The position numbers were made by a program, and so were the translations under genes. Shown piece after piece: positions 53,030 through 64,000 of a stretch of 64,000 nucleotides of DNA. Location: contig MU054187.1 in NCBI GenBank assembly GCA_013239625.1, positions 7,970,358 to 8,034,357 on the forward strand, written 5' to 3'. The stretch comes from Lama guanicoe. Taxonomy: Eukaryota. Each line of letters begins with the position of its first letter. Positions within the stretch are counted from its first letter, which is position 1. Below the pieces are notes generated by a model. That model ran no database searches. It saw only the letters and a program-made list of their open reading frames with translations, and was not told the origin of the DNA.

Positions 53030-53890
53030 GACTTCAGTATCAAGAAATTAAGTGCTGTAGTAACATATATCTAAAAATGTGTGGCTTTGAAACTCGTGGT
53101 GGGCAGAGGCTGGAAGGGTCTGAGGGCACGTGCTAGAGAAAGCCTAGACTGCACTCAGGGGACTACGGGTAGGCATACGGACAGTAATGCTGGTTTTGGT
53201 GAGATCTCAGACAGAAATGAGGAACCTGTTGCTGGAAACTGGAGGAAAGAAGGTCCTTGTTACAAAGCAGCAGAGAATTTGGCTGAAGTGGGTTACAGTG
53301 TTCTGCGGAAAGTAGAAGTCAAAGGTGATGAACCTGCTTCCGCTCTTTAAACTGTTCTCAGAAACAGTGAACAGTACCTATGTGTAAATTTTAAAATGGG
53401 AAAACAAAGGAGAGAGTTATTTTTCATTAAGCCTTTCAATAACACATTCTTTTTCTTTTTTTTGAATAAAAACATGATGAACTTGGATATTTGCTAAGGA
53501 GATTTCTAAGCAAAGTGTTAAAAATATGGCCTGGTTCCTTCTTTTTGCTTATAGCAAAATATGAGAAATGAGGTTAATTGAAGGAATTGTTAAGCAAAAA
53601 GCAACCAGAATTTGAAGATTTGGAATATCCTCAGCCTATTTCTATATTGCAAAACATTTTTAAAAAGAGAGAGAGAACATGTGTTGTGAAGAGAACACCA
53701 AGTGTGTGTCTGGGCAGTCGCTCCATAAAGAGATGACCTGTGGATTTAACCAGTATCTCAGCAAAAACCAGGAATACAGACAGCACGATACAAGCAGAGA
53801 TACTTCCAGTTTGGACTAAGGAGACACAGATAGAATAAAACAAATGCAGGCTTTCAGATTTCTGAGATTCCACAGAGCAGAATATTAGAG
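53030..53890 (+). mobile_element. MaLR-type internal sequence (MLT-int-like)
   Basis: ctaaaaatgt..gtggctttgaaact, gagatctcagacagaaatgaggaac, ggaaactggaggaaag, gatttctaagcaaagtgtt; directly follows the LTR. Confidence 0.8.
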
Positions 53891-54560
53891 TTATCCCAGT
53901 TTTGTGGCTTAAAAAAAAATCCTGCAGCTATTCAAGTATAATGCCAAACACGATGAAGACAAAACATCCATTTTATTTTATTCTTCTAAAATACTATTTA
54001 TATAGCATAATGGAGGTGAGTGCCACATATTTTCTGACTTATTTTCAGAAAATAGTGTACTCACTGGATATATCAGCTTTGATTTTCCATCTATATTTCC
54101 TACCAATTTGTAAGTCTGAATATTTAGGACTCACAGACGGCCTCCATCTGAGAAAAAACAAAAACAAATATTCAAGAGTCAAGATGCTCTTGAGACCCCA
54201 CGAGGAAAAGGAACTTGCTGACAAGGGGAGGGAATTTGTATGAAAATACTGCCGTTAGCAGTGAGGTACTGGTGCTGGACACTGGTCAGGATAATTTAAG
54301 ATCTTCATTTACATTAGAGCAGATAGGAAACATACCAGTCATTGGTTCATGCAGCATAATCTACTACGGTAAATATACAAATCCAGTGGAAATCAAATTT
54401 TCCAATTCAGTAAAATAAATTCATCTAATGCTATAGAGACAGTGAAATGGGTAGAGGATTGCTTTTCTCTAAGGATGACTGTCCCCACTTAAGTAAATAA
54501 TTCACTATATAACAGATAAACAAGAGCTACTTATACTCATATCTAAATATTTTCCGTGTG

Positions 54561-55481
54561 TCATACGACTCAATAAGAAAAAAATAAACAACCCAATCCA
54601 AAAATGGGCAGAAGACCTAAACAAGCAATTCTCCAAGGAAGACATACAAATGATCAATGGGCACATGAAAAAACGCTCAATATCACTAATTATCAGAGAA
54701 ATGCAAATAAAAACTACAATGAGGTATCACCTCACACCAGTCAGAATGGCCGTCATTCAAAAATCCACAAATTACAAATGCTGGAGAGACTGTGGAGAAA
54801 GGGGAACCCTCCTACACTGCTGGTGGGAATGCAGTTTGCTGCAGCCACTGTGGAAAACAGTGTGGAGATTCCTCAAAAGACTAGGAATAGACTTACCATA
54901 TGACCCAGGAATCCCACTCCTGGGCTTGTATCCAGAAGGAAATCTACTTCAGGATGACACCTGCACTCCAATGTTCATAGCAGCACTATTTACAATAGCC
55001 AAAACATGGAAACAGCCTAAATGTCCATCAATAGGTGACTGGATAAAGAAGATGTGGTATATTTATACAATGGAATACTACTCAGCCATAAAAACCGACA
55101 ACATAACGCCATTTGCAGCAACATGGATGCTCCTAGAGAATGTCATTCTAAGTGAAGTAAGCCAGAAAGAGAAAGAAAAATACCATATGAGATCGCTCAT
55201 ATGTGGAATCTAAAGACTCATGGACAGAGAATACAGACTTGTGGTTACCAGGGGGGTAGAGGGTGGGAAGGGATAGACTGGGATTTCAAAATTGTAGAAT
55301 AGATAAACAAGATTACACTGTATAGCACAGGGAAATATACACAAAATGTTATGATAAATCACAGAGAAAAAAATGTGACAATGAGTGTGTATATGTCCAT
55401 GAATGATGAAAAAATTGTGCTGAACACTGGAATTTGACACAACATTGTAAAATGATTATAAATCAATAAAAAATGTTAAAA
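54561..55481 (+). mobile_element. Very young 5'-truncated L1 with an uninterrupted ORF2 C-terminus
   Basis: Perfect 16-bp TSD aaatattttccgtgtg at 54545-54560 and 55482-55497. The reading frame is open from 54563 to 55213 and includes the CX3CX7HX4C motif [18 protein letters not shown]. Confidence 0.98.
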
Positions 55482-56359
55482 AAATATTTTCCGTGTGGCA
55501 CAATTCTCTTACTGTAGCAGGGCGCTACTAAATGGTGCAGTTGAGTGTTGTTTTGATAGAGTACTTACTGCGTGTGGAAAGCGTGAGGATGGAAGCACTT
55601 TAAAACATGCCACAGCTCACTTCCAAGTGGACTCACACCTTTCCTTCCAGTGGGTGTCTTCAGCTGCATTTCCAGCACCACCTGTGGCGTCAGCATGATA
55701 CCTGATGCCTGCCTTTGCTAGTATCAAAGGATCGAGAGGTTTGGGAACTCTCAAGTTTCCTGACAATCAGAAAAATTTTCTTATCCTTTAAAATAAAATA
55801 TTCCTACAACTGTTACTTATATTCTTGGGAATCTCGATTTAACCAAAAATTATTCGGTCAGAGACATAAGTAATTTGCAAATACAGAAGACAGTGAAAGA
55901 GTAAATTGGGATAATAGAAAAAGCAACTTCGTACCTGGCACAATGTGATGTGCTAAAATAAATGGTATCCACTTCCTGATGCTGCAATTGTCTTATTATA
56001 ATGTTCTAAGTAGAACACATTCCTCAAATTATCAATTTTAGCATGCTCACTATATTACCTCTAGACAACTCTAAAATCAAAATAAGGTAAAATGTCCCTT
56101 ACCTTCCAAGGCTTTTGGGAGCAGAAAAAAGGAACCCACTCAAACATCCTTTGATAGATTTTTTTAAAAGAAACTTAGGTCAACAAAATTATTTCCTAAA
56201 TTACCTTCCAAATAGTAAGATAACAAGCAAAGTGGTTATTGTATTATGTGGTTTTTGTTTACTAATGTTTATTACTTATTTTATCAATATTCTTAATTGT
56301 GGGTCAAATTATTAAGCCTTAGAGTTTTCTTTTAAACCCTTTATGTACATTTTATTGGA

Positions 56360-56925
56360 CATCGGGGCCTATCTTATAAATAATGGGCGCCGGATATTTA
56401 TGCTCTTTTTATATAACTAGGAGTGGCTTATTTTTATGATTTTGCATTTTTATAGACGTTCATAGTTGTTTTACCGTTGCTTTTATGACATATCATGTAC
56501 AAAATCTATGATTTGTTTGGTTCTGAGTACTTGATTAGGGAAAAAACTACGCTTATAACATTGTGGTGAGGAAGTATTATCCAGTTTATCAAAGCGCACT
56601 TCAGAGCACGGCTTCTCGGCATGCACCACTGAGTGAGAAGGGGTTAGTGTTTTAAACGAAATACAAGTCATGCCCAGATCACGTTCTGCGGTACTTCTCC
56701 TGACAACTCAGAACTAACAATGCCATTTTCAAGAACCGGGATTGAACAAGATTATTTGGGTTTTTGTTCTCTTAATGAATCTTACATGGTTTCGTGATGG
56801 GATGAGTTTTTCTTCCTAATCTCCATACCTCACTACCGTCACCTCCGTGCCATGTGTTCACAAAGATGCGCTCTTACCTGCATCTTTCTGGAGCTGACGT
56901 AACACAAGGGGGGCTTATGTAATAC
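56360..56925. promoter_or_regulatory. Candidate CpG-retaining regulatory element with CRE-like and D-box sites
   Basis: About 18 CpGs counted in about 540 bp of AT-rich unique DNA; TGACGTAA at 56895-56902; TTATGTAA at 56915-56922. Confidence 0.35.
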
Positions 56926-59900
56926 AACTGGGAGGGAGGGAGACTTTTTTATGAAATTTCTCATAGATTTAGTGACTAGTATTTTTCTTGAGAATTTAAG
57001 CTTCCTATATATCCAGTACATTTTTGAGGTTTACTAAATTATGGATTTTGCATTCTTGGTGGCATTTTCTTAAATCAAACAATAAATTTTTAAAGTAGTT
57101 TTCTAATGCGCTAATGTCTAGGAAAATATATAAGCAAATATAACATTACTTGAATTACTATTCAAGCTTGTGGGTTTATCTGGGACCTTTTGAAAACATT
57201 ATGATATATTGGAGAGAACTGCCATAGGCCATGTTTGAGATAAGTACAAGTCAAACTGTAAGCAGCTTTTTGAAGAGAAATAACTCATTAGTCAAAATCA
57301 GAGGCTACTTAATACTGCCTTTCAAAGCCTCCTCCCTGGCCTTTACCTTAATGACATAATCAGGTCAATTGTGTTGCTCGTTTGTAACTTTACTATCAGG
57401 TATGGCCAGATGCTTCATTTAACCTCTAATATAAATAAAACACCTGATAAAGTTTTGTCATGCGTTTGTAAACAGCTGTTTGATCTGGAAGTTTACTGCT
57501 GGAATAGCTCTAACAGATCTGGTCATTCTCTTTACATAATGTCAAAGTAATCGTCTTGACCCTTGGGAAAACTGCCGCTGTAGGTGATGCACTTTTTCAC
57601 TGCAGCAAGTTAGATCTCTTTCAGATGGCCAATGTCTAATCAGCACATCTACCCCATAGGAATCTATCAAGTATACTAAATGTAAAAATACCAGTCTATT
57701 GCTTCGAGAATGAAAATGTAAGTTGCGGTGTTAGGGCAATTTTATGATATGCTTAACATTAAAAAACAATGTTTGAGAGCCCTCAAACTGAGGGCATTGA
57801 GTTAAGAGCACACTCTGTAGTCTTTTCCAGGTTTATTAAATACATCTAAGAATGATACTCCTTATGTCTTTCTATTTTTTATTCCTTGGTTAACACAGGC
57901 ATATTTCTAACATTAGTCCTTATTTCATGTGATTAAAATAATTAACAGGGTGGTAAAGAGTTGATGTTTAAATTGCTTGAAACTAAATTAAGATAATATT
58001 TCAGATATATATAAAACATTCAGCATTTCCAGAGGGACCAATATCTAATCTAAAATAAATAAGTGGGAATATTTCAAAATTTTAGTAGATGAGCATTTAC
58101 GGTCCATTCTAATGAATATTGACCAATTCCCTTATATTAGACTTTTTATTTAATGACTAAAAGGTTGGGGTATTATGTAAAATAAGCAGCAAACAAATAA
58201 GGAAGAATTAATATAATATTAAATAATTCAGAGATTTTTGCTCAATATTTTTAAAATAAAGATATTGTATTCAGATATTTTTGTTATGTTCTAATAGGCC
58301 TTAGCACTTTTAGGAATTTAAACATTTGATGGTTTAATGAATAACCCATGTTTTTTTCATGTATATTCCATTATGGGTTTTCCAAATATACACTCTTACA
58401 AATTTTTATTTTGGGGGTTCTATAATTTATTATTTTTCAGCCCAAACTTCTTAGCCTTTGTGCCTACATTTATTATTATCTGCATGCAAATCTAAACAGG
58501 AAGCACTTAAAAGGTTTTACAAGGTACAACATTTACATATCTTATTTTCTGTTTTGAAAGCTGTTGATTAATTTTTCCCCAAAGGAACGTTTCTCCATGC
58601 AGCCTGTAAGAAAGCACAGTCTTGTAGGTAGAGCCATAGCCAGTCTCAGCCTCTTGACAAACTCTGACTTACAAGGGTTTCTGTACTACAATTTCAAGTT
58701 GAAATTTTTGGATTTTAATATTCCAAAGACATGTTGCTTCCTAAGTTATTAGCTAATATGAAGCTAAGCCAAGGGATTTAAGATGGATTCAAAGGTAACA
58801 CAGAACTACAAGCATTGCCCACCAGCAATGGGTCAGAGTTAAGACTCCCTCTAAATTGCAGAGTTAGCCTGGATGACGTTGGACAGGAAGTGGAAAAAGA
58901 GCAGTATTCCTGAGCAGTGGAAGCCAGGAGGGGTGCTTCAGTGCACCACACAAGAAGCTTGGTGGCCTCAAAGCTCTCCTGCACACATGTATACATGCAT
59001 GTATCGGGGTGTGTGCTGTATTTTCCCCAGTGGGGAAGATCCATTTTCAGCTTAGATCCCATTTAGTAACTTACTCTTCCTCCCAAGATAAGTGAATTAA
59101 AACCGCTCCTTTCATCACCACCGCAGAGGCTGACCAGAGTGCACGGCGGTGAACACGGATATAGAGATTAAAGCTGCAGGGCCACACGAATGTAAACAGA
59201 AGCCATTCCCCAATAATCAGCACACAGGAGCAAGCATTTTGAAGAGTGGGGCAGAGGTAAACAGAGCCTCCTCCGCGACAAGGCCGTTGATAACATCCTG
59301 CACTTGAGATGCGCTTTGAAGAAGTCCGTAATTAGAGAAAGAACAAGCTCAGTGATGAAAGGAAGGAAGCGGACCAAATTAGGACGGCTAGGAGCAGTCA
59401 CCCAGAAGGCTTTTATCAGAACGTGAACAACTGAAGAAGAGAAGCGTGGACCAGACAGGGATATTTCCCGCCGCGATGCTTGGGTAAGGAATGTTTTCCA
59501 CTCACTTCTAATGAGGGAATATTGGAAATGCCCTCAGAACCCTCACGTGTTGTTTATGGCTGGCTGTGCGTTATATTTAGATCAACTACACCTATTTGTC
59601 ATTCCTGACTGTGGATTCACAAATTCCAACCTAATGCTCCTGTTAATGTTCAGAGATCAGGATTCCTTCAGGAAGATTGTAAATAGACTACTGCCGTCAA
59701 AATTTTGATACTCATTGTGGGTGGACCAAATAAATAGCCCCTGGCAGCCAAGCCAGCTGTGTTAGGGCACCATTCCTTACGCCTGTGACCCTGCCAGTTA
59801 TCTTCAGAGTAGCCACCTTGGGAGGACGCGGGCTGCTCTGAAGTGGACGGTGGCCTCGCCCAAGCCACTGCAGGAAGATCTCTTCTGGAACTGCTTTCTG

Positions 59901-60384
59901 GGTCCCTGATGCATGTTTTGACTTGTGTGACTAGGCAATATTTTCTTCTGAGGGTATTCTGAACCAATTCCAATGAACAAACTGTGTGAGCAAACTAGGA
60001 CAGGTACTCATTTCAACAGCTAAGCGCTATCACGTTTCCTAAAAGTCAGTCATGTTACCCTGTAGACACACTTGTGACCACGTCTGATCACAAGGAGTGT
60101 GGCTGAGAAAGAAAGCTTAAAATGATTATAATCACAATGCTCATTTCCATTTTATTGGTGGCATTTTAGAATATCAGGGGTCCGAAGGGTAAAGAGAGGA
60201 GTGATTCCCAAACAAAGCTTTATAATAGAGAAGTCATTTAAAATTCCAAATGAGCATCTCATGATAAAAGCACTGGGAGGAGCCCTGACCTTCTGCCCCA
60301 TTATCATTCTAACTGTATGTGAAGAATAAGTTCCTCGAGTCCTCCTGTGGGACTTGGACTCTAAAGTATTTTTCAGAGCTGCCT

Positions 60385-60606
60385 AGAGAGTGAACGTGAA
60401 CTCTAGAGACAGAAGGCCCGAGTTCCGGTCCCACCTCTGCCTCTTTAAGCTGTGTGATTTGGAACAAGTTATTTAACTTCTGTGCCTCAGTTGTCTCATC
60501 TTGTAATCAAGATAAATAACATCTAACTCATTGTGCTGTTATAAGGATTAAATGAATTAATATACGTACAAGCTCTTAGAACGTGGCCTGGCATGTAGTG
60601 CCCAGT
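60385..60606 (+). mobile_element. MIR SINE
   Basis: agctgtgtgatttggaacaagttatttaacttctgtgcctcagtt...aaggattaaatgaattaatatacgta. Confidence 0.9.
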
Positions 60607-60994
60607 GATGATAATAATAGTAATAATGACAGCTGTTATTATTATTATTTTTAATCAGACTCATGTCCTTGTGGCAGTAATTTTTGTGTTTTCCTTTGTT
60701 AAAATCCAAAATTTCCATTGGGAGCAACCATTTCCTCCCTCAGTTTTGGGCTCCATTTGTCATAAGTTATTACATGAATATGAAGATGAAGATCTCTGAA
60801 GAACATGTTCTAGGTTCTTCTAGCAGTTGCCAAGTAGACACCTTAGAAATAGTTGGGGCAATGGTGGTCACATGATCATAACTAGTATGTTAGTTAGATT
60901 ATTTAAAAACTGTAATATTATATGAACATTCTGCATAGCAGAAAATCTCTAGGTGCTTTATTGTTAACATATACATTTCCTCACACACAGAATG

Positions 60995-61340
60995 TTTGGT
61001 AAGCAGAACAATGGCTCCCAAAAGATGCTCATGTCTTAATCCCCAGAACCTGTGAATATGTTACTTCAGGTAGCAAAAAGGACTTTGAAGATGTGATTAA
61101 GTTGAGAATCTTGAGATGGAAAGATTATCTGGGATTGTCTGAATGGGCCCAATGTAACCACAGGAGCCTTATAAGAAGGAGACAGGTTTATCAAAGTCAG
61201 AAGAGATGTGGTGATAAAGCAGAGGTCCAAGTGCTGTGGCCGTGAGCCAAACCGAGGAATGCGGGCAGCTTCTAGACACTGGAAAGGGCAAGGGAAGTGG
61301 ACAGATAGAAACGCATCCGTGGCGACCCATTTCAGCTCAC
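60995..61340 (+). mobile_element. MLT1D-like LTR, partial
   Basis: atgtcttaatccccagaacctgtgaatatgttac...gatgtgattaagtt...gggcccaatgtaaccaca; homologous to the copy at 10812. Confidence 0.88.
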
Positions 61341-62547
61341 TGATGCTAAGGGTAAGATCGTAAGTCTGAACCTAACTTCCACCTGTTTGTAGACTGTTTC
61401 TGCTAAGTTCTGTGGATAAAAGCTGTACTCTCCAACTTCCCAACAATCAAGAAGCAGCTTGAGTACTTACAACCTATTCTTTTTCCTGCATATGTTCACC
61501 TGGAACAGGGCTCTGCACTTAACAGCCAGAGAGTAAGCCTTTGTTAAATGAATAAATGTGTCTCACACATGTGAAACGTTTGCCATATGGGGGTGATTAA
61601 AGGGCTCAGATCAACCATTTCTATCCCACTAGGTTTTTCGATAAATACACGAATGTGCTGTCAATATACTTACAGAAGCTACTACAACACAGAACAATGA
61701 AGTCATTCAGCATAAAACTGGGAGTTAGAATGATTAAAAATTCTCTCTTCCTTTCATAAATGCTGTAACTGAGGTCCAGACACATGAAAGTGAACACTTT
61801 CTGAGTGTCTTGCCTATCTGAGAGGACCATGAATCCCAAACTCTGGCCTTTTTCATGTACCTTTTGTAAAAAAAAAAAAAAAAAAAATTACTGACCAAGT
61901 AGGACTGAAAGAATCACAAGATATGAGGAAAACTTTGAAGCAGTCATCTGACTTTCAGAAATAAACTGCATATCTGGGACCCATGAAGCAGAATTCAGAG
62001 TAGAAATCAGTATTTCATGTAAATGTATCTCCGTCTCTCAAGAAGTAATAAAATTGGAACAGGAGGACCGCACCACCAATGTATCTGATGATGACAGAAT
62101 CAGTGACACAGCCCAGCACCATCTCAAAATAAAATTGGGAACCTTTCACCAAAAGAATTATTTAACCCACTGTAAACAACTAGGAATCAGAGTAAGGATA
62201 GAAATCACATTCTGCTCCCCTTTCACAAGGCAGCTGAAGAATATTGTGTTGCTATTTCAATAAGAATAACACTACACTGATAACAGACTCTATTCAAAAT
62301 TTAATAAAGCATTAGTCCCTTAATCAAAACATGACTGTGAGGCTTGGACTGGCACTGGAAAGCAGAATAATGTGAACAAAAGAGAAATGGAACTGTGTCT
62401 GAATATCAACTCTACAAACAAATCACATCTCATTACACATGCAGCAATTAGAGACAGGAACTTCAAAACCACTCTCAACTTATCTTCACCAAGTGCCTGA
62501 CCAGGGAAAAGTTTAAATCAGGAAATCAAAGCAGGTATGTGATAAAC

Positions 62548-62580
62548 ATCAATCATTCAATCAATCAATCAATCAATCAA
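62548..62580. repeat. (TCAA)n microsatellite
   Basis: Read directly. Confidence 0.9.
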
Positions 62581-62784
62581 ATGCCATAACACATATATGA
62601 CCATATATGCATTTTTTTTGCTTAAGTTGAAGACATTACATAAAATTTTGCCCAAAGTGCATGGATCACAAACATATATGTGTAAAATAGCCATCAAAAT
62701 TTTTAATTATAAGCACAAGGAAAATAAACTTTGATTTAAAATGATGTATGTAATTTATATAAAACAAAAATTCTTCTAATTCAG

Positions 62785-62965
62785 CATATGCAATGGTTAA
62801 AGACAGATTTCTTGGAATCAGATTGTCTGGGTCTAATTCCAGACTCTATCAATTACAGATTAAAGGCAAGATAGTAAAGCAGTTTTCGCATGGATAAAAT
62901 TAAGATAATAAAAATTATGCCTACCTTACAGAGTAGTAAAAATTTAATGAAGTAATGCTTAAAAC
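62785..62965 (+). mobile_element. MIR SINE
   Basis: aatggttaaaga...tggaatcagattgtctgggtctaattcc...gcctaccttacagag. Confidence 0.75.
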
Positions 62966-64000
62966 TCATACATTCACTATCACTATTTAGAAAATGGAAT
63001 CCATTGAAAAGTTTCAGAAATGAAAGCTGCCTGAGAAAGCTTGAATTCCATTGATTAGTATATTATTATGAGTCCCCAAAACTGAACCTGGTTACCTTGA
63101 CTCATTCTAATCCCTGAATAATGATTTTAAAAAGTCATTTACAACTTGAGGACTCAAATCAATGAATTTATCCAGGTTCAGTCAGGGTTTAGCAGTGCCA
63201 CGACAGCATCTGATTCCATCTTACAAGCTAATTTTCAGGTTCAGGCTAACAGTGCATATTGACACTTTTTGCTCATGTGAACCATGAATTACACCGGATT
63301 AGTAATTTAATAAAACACAAACACATGAGATTGGTGTAAAGTTAATGTGCTTCAATAGTTACGTAATATGAAACATGAGCTTTTCAATATTCTGCTTTGC
63401 TTTTATTTATTTATTTTTTAATTTAGTTCTTTCCATTTCTGGGGCTGTTCTCCTTCAGTGTTGGTATTCGAGGTGGTAGCTTTTTGATCTAATTTCCTGT
63501 CCTCTGGCCTCTCCTTAGGACCTGGGCAAAGACCAGAGTCTCTGTAATTTCAATGGAACATCAACTCTTCCTATTAAGACCCGTGAAAAGCTTGGTGTGA
63601 GTAATCCTGGGCAAAAATCAGACAGCAAGGAGCCAAAGTGGAGAAATATAAACACAGCTACAGCACACACTGCCAGGGATCTGGGATACATGGAGAGAGC
63701 TTGTGTGGCAAGTGGAGGGAGAGGTGCCAGATTTAAGCAAGAATTGGGTTGTTCTCAATTCACGCACAGGAAAGGAGGGCCTGAGCACCTGGAATGCGAT
63801 GGATGGATGGGTGTGCTGCATGCGAAAGGGAGATGTGGTCCCCGTTACAGGCAGAATTAAAGGCCTGGTCTCCTGTTCACTGTGATCTTATGAAAAGACA
63901 ACTGCTCTGTGTTTCCAACTCTGTGGTTGTAGCTGATCAGCAAACACTCATACTCAACACAGTGGTTCTGTCCCCGTCTCTCCTCTCAAATACTCTCCTA

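Noticed and set aside
54650..55213. 187-aa ORF as a host gene
   Set aside because: It is the L1 ORF2 C-terminus inside a TSD-flanked truncated insertion.
55670..55690. CTCF-like motif
   Set aside because: Too many core mismatches.
1..64000. CRISPR arrays, operons or prokaryotic defence systems
   Set aside because: The sequence is mammalian; no repeat-spacer arrays or dense ORFs were seen.

Overview
AT-rich eutherian genomic DNA, most likely camelid: it carries a vic-1-type tRNA-derived SINE at 39.8 kb and several lineage-young L1 copies sharing one 3' UTR. I cannot support any host protein-coding exon. The only ORFs with recognisable protein similarity are L1 ORF2 C-terminal fragments. Roughly 40% of the window is interspersed repeats (L1 of several ages, L2, MIR, MaLR/ERVL LTRs, Tigger and hAT DNA elements), often nested; the rest looks intronic or intergenic. 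The most interesting item is a ~375-bp TSD-flanked, poly(A)-tailed element (21942-22315, minus) that joins an L1 5' UTR start directly to the L1 3' UTR at what looks like a splice junction, i.e. an ORF-less, SINE-like spliced L1. Other oddities are a 66-bp local templated copy inside an L2, a 138-bp orphan insert between 11-bp direct repeats, an L1 copy with clustered microhomology rearrangements, and a CpG-retaining region with paired bZIP sites. Repeat family names come from recognising consensus sequences from memory, not from a database search, and boundaries of old repeats are approximate.
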